64,000 bases of DNA, from contig CAWGXH010000004.1 of the NCBI GenBank assembly GCA_963826525.1, forward strand, positions 1,728,001-1,792,000. Direction: 5' to 3'. How positions within the stretch are numbered: the first letter of the stretch is position 1; each line of letters opens with the position of its first letter. The notes beneath the pieces were generated by a model. It made no database searches. It saw nothing but the letters and a program-made list of their open reading frames with translations, and had not been told where the DNA came from. Position numbers and translations under genes: made by a program. Of the stretch, positions 12,101 through 22,288 are shown one piece after another. Origin of the DNA: an uncultured Methanomicrobiaceae archaeon (GTDB lineage: Archaea > Halobacteriota > Methanomicrobia > Methanomicrobiales > Methanoculleaceae).

Positions 12101-12969
12101 TCGGTGTCTTCACCTATGGCGGCGACGTGAACTTCAACAACCTCGTCGGCAGCGACGATGCAGGGCTGTTCGTGATCGACGCAATAGTCCTGCCCGGAGA
12201 GCTCGAGGCCGATCACTTCGATCCCACCGATGCGACCTACAACTACTATGGCGCCGTCAGCGGCCCCTCCGGCATGGGACCGGGCATCGGTGATGCCGTC
12301 TACGGGACCTGCACCTACGAGCCGTGGCTGACACAGCCCTTTGCGGTCGTCATCGGCGAGCACAAGGCTGCCCTCGGCTTCGAGCTCAAGGGTGAGTACG
12401 ACTACTACGCCCTTAAGAAGGGCTGGAACACGCTCTCCACCCCGATATCGCTCGTTAACAGCAGCTGGGGCTCGATCAGCAACCTCGGCGACGGCCTCGA
12501 CTACTGTGCTGCAGTCACGTGGGATGCCGAGCAGCAGACCTGGGTGCAGGTTATCGACTCCACCGAGATAAGGCCGCTTGATGCGATCTTCATCAAGATG
12601 ATCCGCGACGACCGTGTGCCGCTCGCAATCAACCCGGAGATCACAAGCCCGGCCATAAAGTGCCTCCAGCCCGGCTGGAACCTGATCGGGCCTGCATACT
12701 GCCTTGACCAGGACTGCCTTGCGTGGGAGACCATGCCGGTCGACAAGACACTCATCTCCGTGGCAGAGACTCCCGACGGGAAGACCGGATACACACTCGT
12801 CGTCAGCCCGTCCGTGAACGAAGACTGCTGGGTCTACACTGTCGGCTGCGATGAGGCGCCGACCATGGATGTCGGACGAGGATACTGGGTCTTCATGGAG
12901 AACTGCGACACGCTCGCAGGCTTCTCCTCAACACCCCTGAACATCCCGGCAGTGAACCTCTGCTGCTGA
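9102..12969 (+). CDS. Large acidic, Cys-rich right-handed beta-helix surface protein; frameshift near 11072
   Basis: Signal peptide; FKTIQEAVDAV cap; many GI.v..N.i repeats; C-terminal LKKGWNTLSTP/LQPGWNLIGP repeats. ORFs 8997..11141 and 11059..12969 join if one C is removed. Confidence 0.8.
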
Positions 12970-13013
12970 TAGCACCGCACGTCCGAGAAGGGAATGCAGA
13001 AAAGACAGCAAAT

Positions 13014-13043
13014 AGCGGGAACCTAGGTTCCCGCTTTTTCTTT
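13014..13043 (+). terminator. Perfect 22-bp palindrome followed by a T-tract
   Basis: AGCGGGAACCTAGGTTCCCGCT (13014-13035), then TTTTCTTT, 45 bp after the stop of the surface-protein gene. Confidence 0.65.
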
Positions 13044-13058
13044 ATGTGAGGATAAGAC

Positions 13059-13787
13059 ATGAGAAGCGAATACGTAATTCTAATCTGTCTTGCGGTGTCA
13101 TGTGCTCTGGTCACCACCGTTCTGGCAGAAGATGCATCGCACCCGCCGCTCCCGCAGTTCTTCAACGGCTCGGTCGCCGATAACCTCGGCAACCCTGCAC
13201 CGGTGGGGACGGAGATTGCGGCTTACATTAACGGTGAAGAGCGCGGCAGCATCGTAATGACCAGAATAGGAGCTTACGGATGGGTCGATCCCGGAGAACC
13301 AACGCTCGTCGTCGTCGGCGACAGATCCGGCCAGACGATCACCTTCTACGTAAACGGCATCCTTGCGGAACAGGACACACAGTTCGCATCCGGAGAGGTC
13401 ACACGCATGAATCTGACTACGAAGGAAGCCATCCCGGTAATTACGCCCACCGTCACCCCCACCCCCGCTCCCACCTCCACGCCCGGCGGTGGCGGTGGTG
13501 GTCTATCACCCGCACCGAGCGGTGGAACTGGTGGGGGTATCATCTTCTCCGGCGCATCCTTGGAGACCAGCGGTTCTGACACCCAACCGTCGAACGTGAC
13601 GGAAACCCCGGAGATCACCCCGACCGAAACAGTAACCATTCAGCCGGAGGAGACTGCAACGACGCCGGTCACGACCGGCATCGAGACCGCCGCCCCGATC
13701 GGCGAGGTTCCGATGCTCGCGATCATCGGTGTGGTTGTTCTGGCAGTGGCTGCCGTCGGAGGCATCTTCTTCATGCGCAGACGGTAA
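13059..13787 (+). CDS. Cell-surface protein with Pro/Thr/Gly linker and C-terminal TM anchor
   Basis: Signal peptide, PPLPQFFNG..GNPAPVGTEI domain, TPTPAPT/GGGGGG linker, TM helix followed by RRR. Confidence 0.8.
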   Translation: MRSEYVILICLAVSCALVTTVLAEDASHPPLPQFFNGSVADNLGNPAPVGTEIAAYINGEERGSIVMTRIGAYGWVDPGEPTLVVVGDRSGQTITFYVNGILAEQDTQFASGEVTRMNLTTKEAIPVITPTVTPTPAPTSTPGGGGGGLSPAPSGGTGGGIIFSGASLETSGSDTQPSNVTETPEITPTETVTIQPEETATTPVTTGIETAAPIGEVPMLAIIGVVVLAVAAVGGIFFMRRR

Positions 13788-13872
13788 ACCCGGTTTTCTC
13801 TTTTTTCCATCCGGCATCGCCGGATCTACGGGGAGAAGGCGAAAAATGGTGGGTGAACCGGTTCTTTCTCCC

Positions 13873-15031
13873 TCAAATCCCGGCTGCGGCGCCTGATACG
13901 TTTACGTCGAGGACAAACCGGTCTTCGGTGCCGGTGGCGTTCTCCCATGGCCGTTTATACACGGCCGAGAATGTCTCTCTTCCCTCTTCCATCGTTCTGA
14001 AGAACCACTCCTGGGTTCCACCCCCCCGACGAGGCCTGTCTCGTTTTCGATAAAGAGATCTCCGACGATCAGAAGCCCTTCAGTCGTTGAGACATTCCAT
14101 GAGTATCCCGTCGAAGGGTTTTCGCTCAGTCTGACGGTGGCATAGGTGTCGGGCGAGAGCGTTACCGTGCTTCCGTTGTCCGCCCCGGTGAAGACGTTGG
14201 TCAGGTTCTTGACGACCTGCATGGTGAACTGGAACCGCTCCTCGGTTCCGGTGGTATTCTTCCCGGGCTCCTGAGGAGTGCGGTGAACTGGTAGGCGCCC
14301 GTATCGTTCGGCGTGAGGCGCCACTCCCGGATGCCGCCGCCACCGGGAACCGTTTCGTTCCCGGATCCGGATATGAACTGTTCACCAACGATCTCCATGC
14401 CCCGGGTGACCGTTACGTTCCAGAAGTGCGGGGTTGATGGATTGTCCGGGAGCCGGACGGTGACATTGCTCGCGAGCGGAATGATCACCGTCTCGTTGTT
14501 ATCCTCTTCGGTGACTGTGTAGTCCTGTATCTTCGATTCATTTACAGGCATCAGCACCCGATCGATGGTGTGGATGACACCGTTGTCGGCGTCGATATCC
14601 GCAGTGATGATCGTCGCGTTGTTCACCGTCAGGTTCTCTCCGGAAAGTGTCTGTAGCATAGTGCTATTCCCGGTCACGTTCTCCGCCGCCGTCATATTCA
14701 GGAGCCGGTCGGAGGTTTAACTCCCCGGAACTATGTGGTACTGCAGGATCGCGGTGAATTCAACGGTGGTCGCGTTGCCGAACGCGGCAAAAGCGGAATC
14801 TTCCGGTGTAAAGACGGTATACGGCCAGTCGGCCTGGAGCGCCCCGGTCAGGTTGGTCGCGTCGATCGCCCGGGCGAGTACGGTCAGGTTTCGGTCTGTT
14901 TCGATGATACCGGCCACGGTATCCGTCGTCAGGTTTCCCGATGTATTCTCTTCTCCTACGGGAGCTGCCGCTGCCGTGGCGGGTAACGCCAGGAGAAGGA
15001 GTAGTGTGCTCAGAAGCATAATCTGTCTCAT
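13873..15031 (-). pseudogene. Fasciclin (FAS1) domain plus two I42 (chagasin) protease-inhibitor domains; disrupted
   Basis: FAS1 motifs PYTVFTPEDSAF, YHIVPG and NGVIHTIDRVL; I42 motifs LPDNPSTPHFW and LSENPSTGYSW with GGGG..EW. In-frame TAA at 14717-14719 plus frameshifts near 14265 and 14025. Confidence 0.75.
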
Positions 15032-15234
15032 TAGGTTCCCCCCTTTAAATGAAGCATAGGATGGTCTGAATGTATTTAATAATTTTTATGAAATGCCTGG
15101 GACAGTGACCCCGGCTCGCAGCCACTACATGCCGCGTCCCGGCAGGAGTTCTTCGATGATCCGGTACCCTGTCCTACGAGCTGCGGCTGTCCACCGGATG
15201 CGCGGTGAAGACTCCCCTCCACGTCGATACGCCC

Positions 15235-15735
15235 TTATCGGAGGTTCACGATCGTCGCTCTCCGAGTATCCGTCTCCAGCAGTGCGATCGAAGGCTCCCC
15301 TAAGAGGTACCCGCAGACTTCACCCGGATTGATGACGAGGGTCTCCTCGCTCATATGCGCCCCTGCCCGGTGGGTGTGCCCGTGAACGACGACGTCGAAG
15401 ACCTGCCGTTCGATCAGTGCCGACAGGAGTTCGTTCTGATCGCCATGTAGCAGGCCTATGGCGGTCCCGCCCGCCGCGATAGCGGCAAACCTGTCCCGTA
15501 GTTCGAGATTGTCCGCCTCGGCGAATCGGGCCAGGAGCAACGCGTGATCTCCGTCATTATTCCCGAGCACGCCGATGAGCGGTGCGTTTAGCCTCCCGAG
15601 GCGGGGAATAACGAACGGAGAGACATAGTCTCCGGCATGCAGGACAAGGTCGACATCCTCATCGTTCAGCCTCCCGACTGCCCGGTCGACCATTCCCAGG
15701 TTGTCGTGCGTATCGGAGATCAGGCCAATGAGCAT
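15235..15735 (-). CDS. Metallophosphoesterase (YfcE/MJ0936 family)
   Basis: SDTH, HAGD, GNND, HG, GHTH and INPG motifs. Confidence 0.92.
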   Translation of the reverse strand: MLIGLISDTHDNLGMVDRAVGRLNDEDVDLVLHAGDYVSPFVIPRLGRLNAPLIGVLGNNDGDHALLLARFAEADNLELRDRFAAIAAGGTAIGLLHGDQNELLSALIERQVFDVVVHGHTHRAGAHMSEETLVINPGEVCGYLLGEPSIALLETDTRRATIVNLR

Positions 15736-16230
15736 ACTTCTTCTCACCCAGGTATCCTGATCGCGGTTCTATTCTTATACCTGATGCATACCGGAGACTC
15801 CGGATCCGCACGTCGACCCGACGCATCATTTCCGTCACGTATACCCTTCGTCTGCGAGCCTGCATCGGGTCACGCCTCTGTATCAGGCCTGCAGAAGCCT
15901 GCACCGGCCTCCCCGGCCTGCGCGGGATGTGCGATCGCCCCTCGCGCTTCAGAGGCGCATCTCCTCCGGAGATTCTCTCTCGTTCTGCCGCACCGGTAAG
16001 TCCCTGAGTTCCATGCCACGCTTCTATCAGGGACTCGCGGGCGCGCTCTTATCCAAAGGCCAAACCAGCCGGGAATTTTCGAATGTTCCCGGGATTGCGC
16101 CTGCCCTGGATCGTAAACTCCATATCCCCCTATCGGTGATACAAGAGTATGGCAGATCTCCACGGCCCCGGACGCCGATCGTCGAGAGAGCGGAAACGGG
16201 CCTGGCGGAGTGTGAAGTGGAGGTAGCGGT

Positions 16231-16401
16231 ATGTGGCTGCTTGTCAGACAATCAAGTGGAAAGACGGAAGAGCGCGAGTATCCGGCTGGAATGTACTTTG
16301 AGATCGGCGACGTTCTTGAGGACGGCGCTGTGGTGATGGATGTTCCGTATCCCGACAGTATCGACGACGACTTCGAAGCACTGGATATGTACGACGATTA
16401 A
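16231..16401 (+). CDS. Small acidic protein, 56 aa (not in the ORF track)
   Basis: GGAGGT RBS a few bases before ATG; MWLLVRQSSGKTEEREYPAGMYFEIGDVLEDGAVVMDVPYPDSIDDDFEALDMYDD*. Confidence 0.6.
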   Translation: MWLLVRQSSGKTEEREYPAGMYFEIGDVLEDGAVVMDVPYPDSIDDDFEALDMYDD

Positions 16402-16577
16402 CCTCGTTCGCGGCAGAACACGGCAGGTATGTTGTTGATGTTGCGGGTTCGAAGGATCGTATCCGCAGGGTTCGATCGCTCCGGATACTTTTTCTCCCGG
16501 CAGTTCCGGGAATTGCTGCCGTTCTCCGCATCCGGAGACAGAGCAGCCTTCATCGTCCTGTTCACGTGGCAATCCGG

Positions 16578-17100
16578 TTATCGGATCCGAAACTCCCGGA
16601 GGTTTTTCTCCCGATACCTTCCCCTCCTGGAGGTGCTCCATCTCGTGGGCGAGATCGTACGCCGTCGATCCTGAAAGGGTCATCTCCATTCCTAAGAGCC
16701 TCCCCGTGACGATCTCGCGATGGAGAGGATTGACGGTCATTTTGATGATCTGGCCTGCCCGTACCCTCACCCGAAACGGCCGCTTGACCAGCATCCGGGT
16801 CTGTTCGTTACCACACTTCTCGAGCCGGTGAACCGCTCCTTCGCTCTCTACGAGATGCGGGTTGACGAAGAGGAAGATCTCTTCACGTGAATACCCGATC
16901 CCCGTCTCGTCGTCGTACACAGATGTCTTCTTCACGATTGAGATCGTCCGGATCTCTTCTGCCGCATAACTATAATCCCCTCCGAACCGGAGCGAGAAAA
17001 AGAGGGGAAGGAACGCATCCGGTGAAATGCCGAACCGTTCCGGAAGATCCCTCTCTGCCTTCAGAAATGAGAGCTGCTTTTCGATCTCATCGGTATCCAT
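16578..17100 (-). CDS. Peptide-deformylase-fold metalloprotein (divergent); probable frameshift near 16610
   Basis: FVNPHL..EG, EKCG (cf. EGCLS), VKRP..VRVRA and G..AYDLAHEMEHLQ.G (cf. QHExDHLxG). The shifted frame ends KNLREFRIR*. Confidence 0.65.
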
Positions 17101-17204
17101 CGGCGTTAATGTACGCCGATGGAGTCCATAAAGGTACCGGGAATGCCGATCTTCCTGAGTGCCAACGTATTTCTCATCGGGGGGTATGGGTATGCCGATG
17201 AGCG

Positions 17205-18093
17205 ATGGCACAAGCACATTTTGTCTACCCCAACGTCACCGAGTTCGAACAGCGGGGAGGGCTGGCCGAACGATGGGCACGGGCACGGGATATCGGATGC
17301 GATATCGTCGAGGTTCCTGCAGACCTGATTAAGAACAAGACCGAAGTGGAGCGCACCGGGCAGGACATCGGTTCATTTCTTACGCAATCATCAATCGAAC
17401 TCCTCTATCGGCGGGATCTCCCAATCCCCGGCGATCTGAAGTACCTCGCTCCATACCGACCCGTCAATCCCGAGAACCGATCGTTACGGACGGCGGATCA
17501 CAGCGCCACTGCGATGGTATGACGCTGCGTGGGTGAGTGCCTACACTGATATGCTTCTCGGCCTTGCGGACTACCTCGGCCCCCCTCCGCACGCCGTCGA
17601 GCTGTACCCGGGGGATCGAAAGAACACCGTCGCGGATATCGTCCGGGCGATGACTGTTCTCTCCGGTGCGTACGTGGACGCATTCGGCTCGTCACCGATT
17701 CTCTTCCTCGTGAACCGGGCAGAACAGTCCGTCTTCTCCGAGACCCAGCTGCGATCGTTCTGGCTGCACCTCACCGACCACTCCCCGGAGCTTGAGAGCG
17801 TCGCCGGCGTTGCCCTTGACATCAGGCAGCTCCGGATCGCGAAGGGGGATGAATGCGCCGGGGCGCTCGCCCGGGTCTTCCCGGAATCACTGAAAGGGTT
17901 CCATATCCCTATCGCCCGCCGAAAACCGGCTGGTGAGGCCATTCCCTGGGATCAGGTGTTTTCCTGCATGCTTTCGCTCCGCCACGACTTCTTTGTCAAA
18001 CCGGATGTCATCCAGCAGAGCCGGGTGGAGGAGGGGGTCAGGTTTGCCGCCGGGATGCTCCGGAAAGCCCGAAGAGAACTATCTCCTGTGTAA
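17205..18093 (+). CDS. Xylose-isomerase/endonuclease IV-like TIM-barrel protein; frameshift near 17447
   Basis: ARDIGCDIVEVP, LLHTDP (after removing one G), VELYPG, VALDI and GFHI match the AP_endonuc_2 barrel pattern. Confidence 0.55.
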
Positions 18094-18321
18094 TGCCCCG
18101 TTCCGGGGCTCCCGGGTTCTTCCTCGACGCCGGATGAACTCCCCCTTGGGAAGAATGCAATCGCGGCACCCCGGATTGTCATCGAGTCGAGCGGCAAACG
18201 GTATGCCCTGATCACAGCGCAGAAGTTCGTCATCAGGCATATCGAGGAGCGCCTCCTCCGATCCGTATCCCTGCCATCATCCCAACATTCATATAATCCG
18301 CCCGCGGTAAACACTGCCTTC

Positions 18322-19786
18322 ATGGAGCAGATCCCCCTCTTCGAGTTTCCCGCTGACCTTGAGTGGTTCAATACGGATCGCCCTCTCTCAATGCAGGATC
18401 TGGCAGGAAAGATCGTGCTGCTCGATCTCTGGACATTCTGTTGCGTCAGCTGTATGCAGGTAATGCCGGATATTACGCGGCTTGTCGAGAAGTACCCGGA
18501 GCTCGTCGTCATCGGGGTTCACTCACCACAATACGAGACTGAAGCCGTGACCGAAAATATCAGGGAGGCTATTATTCATGCGAACTTCGAGTATCCCGTG
18601 ATCGTCGACCGCGATCTGATCCTCTGGCGCCGCTTCGGTATCAGGTCATGGCCGTCGTTCGTCCTGATCAACCCTGATGGAGCTGTTGTCGGCAAGATAG
18701 AGGGGGAAGGGATATATGAGCGGCTCGATCCGATGATCGCGAAGATGAGCAGAACCTACGAAGAACGGGGAACGCTGAAGAAGGAGCGGATGGCCTCGGG
18801 TTTCATCCGGGATACCGCACGGGGGAGCATGCTCTACTCTCCGGGGAAGATCGAGGCTGACTACGGGGGAGAGAGGCTCTTTATATCGGACTCAAACCAC
18901 CATCGCATCCTCCTTGTCAGGCCGGATGGAAAGATACTCGAGGTTATCGGCTCCGGAAAGCCTGGTCGTCGGGACGGGTCCTTCGAGGAGGCTGCCCTCT
19001 ACATGCCGCAGGGACTTGCATACGACGGTCGGGAATCGGTTCTGTACGTTGCCGATACCGGCAATCACCTCATCCGAAAAGTATCCATCCGGGAGAGAAC
19101 GGTGGAGACGATCGCCGGCACCGGGCTTGAGGCGATGCCCGGGAGAAGCGTCGGCGAGGATACCGAAGTCGCGCTCGAGCTTCCCATGGGATCTTGTGCT
19201 GCTTGGTGACGATCTCTGGGTCACCATGGCGGGGTCGCACCAGATATGGAGAGTGGATCTTGCTACGTACGATATCCGGCCATATGCCGGCACCGGAATA
19301 GCCGCGCTCAGGGACGGGCCGCTTGAGAAAGCGGCGTTTGCACATCCTACCGGAATTACGACGGACGGCGAGGTGCTCTTTGTGGCGGACAGCGATGCCT
19401 CTGCGATCAGGCAGATCTGTCGCGGGATGGTCACGACACTCATCGGCCACGGACTCACCGATTTCGGTGACCTCGATACTATCGCACGGATGGCCAGGAT
19501 AAACCACCCGCATGGTGTGGCATTCTCCGACGGGCGTATTTACATTGCCGATACCGGGAACCACAAGATCAAATGGCTCGATGTAGCAACCGGCTGGGTC
19601 ATCTCCATGGCAGGGAACGGGATGCAGGGTTACCGGGATGGACTTGCCGGTGATGGTATGATGAGCGAACCGGGCGGGCTTGTAGCCTTCGAGGGGCTTT
19701 TTTATATTGCCGATACCGGCAACCACGCTATCCGGGTGTACGACCCGGTTCGGCATGTCGTTTCGACGCTGGCGATCCGGAAGTAA
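18322..19786 (+). CDS. Thioredoxin-like domain plus NHL-repeat beta-propeller (NHLRC2/SOQ1-like); frameshift near 19177
   Basis: LDLWTFCCVSC, VIGVHSP and WPSFVLINP; NHL repeats LFISDSNHHRI, LYVADTGNHLIR and IYIADTGNHKI. Confidence 0.88.
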
Positions 19787-20143
19787 GTTCTGAACGCATT
19801 CTGTCCGGAGTTCTTCCTACATCTGCTCCGGCCGGAGAGGTTTCTCCTGGCTCCGGGCGCAATCACCCGTTCGTCTCCCTGGGGTCATTCCCTGAGGATA
19901 GGTTCTTCCGGAGAGGAGGGGCAGTGGGGCGGCCCGCCACCCGGCAGTGCCGATCATGCCTGTCGGTCTGGTGGCGGAACCTACCGTGACTCCCCGGCTC
20001 CGGCGAAGGCTGCCGATCGCAGATTGTGTTCTGGGCAGCATCCTCGTCGGTATTCGCGCCCGATACCGGTTCCGGACGCCGGATACATCTGCCTCGAAGG
20101 AAACTTTTTTACATCTGCCCGTGATGCTGCTCCGGTGGTTCCG

Positions 20144-20452
20144 GTGAGTGTCATTGTGATATACCGAACTTTGGGCTGCAACATCTGTGCGCAGGCGGCG
20201 GACAACGTCCGACTGGTACTCGCTGAGATGGGCATCGACTATGATGAGGTGGTCCTTGAAAAGATCGCCAGCGAGGGGTCTGCAGAGATCGAAGAACTCC
20301 GGCAGATAAACCTATACGGAGTTCCCGTCATCAAGATCGGCGATAATGTGCTCGTCCAGAATGATACGCTGAACGCGTGGAAGGTGCGTGAGTTCGTGGA
20401 AGAATGCCTGAAAGGGATGGTAATCGTACCGCATATCACGGGCGGACGGTAA
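20144..20452 (+). CDS. Glutaredoxin-like protein
   Basis: IYRTLGCNIC (CxxC) and GVPVIKIG cis-Pro motif; GTG start inferred. Confidence 0.75.
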   Translation: MSVIVIYRTLGCNICAQAADNVRLVLAEMGIDYDEVVLEKIASEGSAEIEELRQINLYGVPVIKIGDNVLVQNDTLNAWKVREFVEECLKGMVIVPHITGGR

Positions 20453-20634
20453 TCAATTCCCGGTTTCTGTCTGCTGTGGGTATCTCTGCTCTCTACCGGG
20501 CGTATGAGGGAATGGAGGCACGTGCGATACACGTTCATCTCCGCACTTTACACACCTTCGCCTATTTCACGTTGGCGTGGACTGAAGAGGTGTGACGATA
20601 CTGGAAAGAAGATGCAAAGAACGGAAAGAATCGA

Positions 20635-20706
20635 TGCGCCGACCGGGACTCGAACCCGGGTTTAGGCGTTGGCAACGCCTAGTGATAACCACTACACTAT
20701 CGGCGC
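20635..20706 (-). tRNA. tRNA-Gly (GCC)
   Basis: Reverse complement GCGCCGATAGTGTAGTGGTTATCACTAGGCGTTGCCAACGCCTAAACCCGGGTTCGAGTCCCGGTCGGCGCA folds as a cloverleaf with anticodon GCC and a TTCGA T-loop; no encoded CCA; TATA element upstream (~20745). Confidence 0.97.
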
Positions 20707-20769
20707 ACACGTCGTGTGCCTTACAAAGTGGTATCTGGTAGATTATAAGTCTATCGAAATGTTGCCCGC

Positions 20770-21438
20770 CTAAATGATGATATTCTCAGGCTCCTCGCAG
20801 AGGCGTGAGCAGATCTCCCTGACGTACGTGCTCCGGGTGACGATGAGAAGTTCATCTTCCGGCCGAAGCGCGGGGTTCTCTTTCGCCAGGAGGAACCGGC
20901 CGTCGTGGTAGATGCCGATGGCTGCACTATCCTCGGGGAGGCTGAGATCGGCTATCCTGGTTCCTTTAAGCCGCTTTTTGACGATGATACCGATGAACCG
21001 GACGTCGCCGCGGATGAGAGTGGAGAGCTCGGTGGTATCCACTCCCCTGAGCGCATCGGAGATGATCATCGACCCGATCTGCGCCGGGTTGATGATGTGG
21101 TGGAACCCTAGTTTCTTCGCCACCGCCAGGAACTGCTCGTCATCGGTTCGAAGAACGACCTCGGGGACGTTCGATTCACGGGCGATCAGGGCGATGATGA
21201 TATTGTCCTGGTCATGGTCGGTGCACGCCACAACGGCATCCGCTGCTCCAACCTCTGCTTTCTCAAGCACGTCAGGTCGGGTGCCCTCTGCGTTGATCAC
21301 GGTGCAGTCGAGAATCTCTGCAAGTTCCCGGGCGCGCTCGGGATTCCTGTCGATCAGGATAACTTCATGCCGCTCGCGGATCAGGCGCTGGGCCAGATGC
21401 TGTCCGAGCGGGCTTGCTCCGACGATGATGACACGCAT
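20770..21438 (-). CDS. trkA: TrkA-type K+ transport regulatory subunit (RCK N and C domains)
   Basis: Rossmann start MRVIIVGASPLG; ADAVVACTDHDQDN. Confidence 0.88.
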   Translation of the reverse strand: MRVIIVGASPLGQHLAQRLIRERHEVILIDRNPERARELAEILDCTVINAEGTRPDVLEKAEVGAADAVVACTDHDQDNIIIALIARESNVPEVVLRTDDEQFLAVAKKLGFHHIINPAQIGSMIISDALRGVDTTELSTLIRGDVRFIGIIVKKRLKGTRIADLSLPEDSAAIGIYHDGRFLLAKENPALRPEDELLIVTRSTYVREICSRLCEEPENIII

Positions 21439-21509
21439 ATACAATTACTTCCGTAATCTGGGTATTACCCCGGCCTATCCGCCTTATACCTACCGGCGCC
21501 TGTCTACCG

Positions 21510-22199
21510 TTATCGCCCCCTGTCAAGTGCCCTGCCGATGTTCCGGTTGACGAGAAGCCACATTCCCGGTATCAGCACCAGAAAAAAGACGAGCATCGCA
21601 AGCGCGTAGACCTCCGCCGTGATGAGCAGGAAGTTGAAGAGGCCGTGGAGAACCATCGCAGCGGCGAGGCCACGGGCGACGATCCCCCGGCGTTGTTCCG
21701 GGGGGCTAAATTTCGCCCTGCCGAGAGCGTATCCCCAGATGCTCGCAAAGAGGGCGTGCGCAGGAACTGAGAAGAGTGCACGAACGACGATCGTTCCTAT
21801 CGCCGCTTCCAGAGAGAGGGTATACGCCGAGAAGACGTATATCAGGTTCTCAAGCGATGCGAATCCGAGCGCAGCGGCAGTCGCGTAGACGATACCGTCC
21901 ATGGGTTCGTCGAACTCGCGGTTGCGGTAGACTCCTCTCCGGACGACGAAGTACTTTCCGTACTCTTCGACTACAGGCGCAACGATTACCGCCAGAATGA
22001 GCGGGGAGGCTATCAGGATGCCGATACCCCCTTCGAGGAAGGCGACCGGAAACGTGACGGCGATGCCGAGGAGGAACATCCGCAGGACCAGGTATGGCGG
22101 TTCCGGGTCGTACCGGTCCCTGTGGTAGAAGTACCAGACCCAGAAAATTCCCGGGCCGAGCGCCAGTGAAAGCAGGATGAGGGGATCTATCTGCACCAT
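21510..22199 (-). CDS. PrsW-family intramembrane glutamic protease
   Basis: DRYDPEP, APVVEEYGK, EPMDGIVY, GFASLEN, HALF and LHGLFN motifs. Confidence 0.9.
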   Translation of the reverse strand: MVQIDPLILLSLALGPGIFWVWYFYHRDRYDPEPPYLVLRMFLLGIAVTFPVAFLEGGIGILIASPLILAVIVAPVVEEYGKYFVVRRGVYRNREFDEPMDGIVYATAAALGFASLENLIYVFSAYTLSLEAAIGTIVVRALFSVPAHALFASIWGYALGRAKFSPPEQRRGIVARGLAAAMVLHGLFNFLLITAEVYALAMLVFFLVLIPGMWLLVNRNIGRALDRGR

Positions 22200-22288
22200 T
22201 CTACGCTCCGGAGTTCTCTGCCAGTCACTGTCCTGATCAACGATGAGCTTTTCTCGGCAGATTTCGCCCGCCGGGCGATCCTGTGTCG

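Noticed and set aside
16252-16577. Long Cys/His-containing C-terminal tail of the 321-aa ORF
   Set aside because: Probably read-through after a frameshift near 16610; it overlaps the better-supported plus-strand microprotein.
19790-20140. GC-rich spacer as a possible RNase P or SRP RNA (also 15750-16200)
   Set aside because: Hallmark motifs (GAGGAAAGTCC; GGAAGGGAGCA-type loop) were not found; an Infernal scan would be needed to exclude other RNAs.
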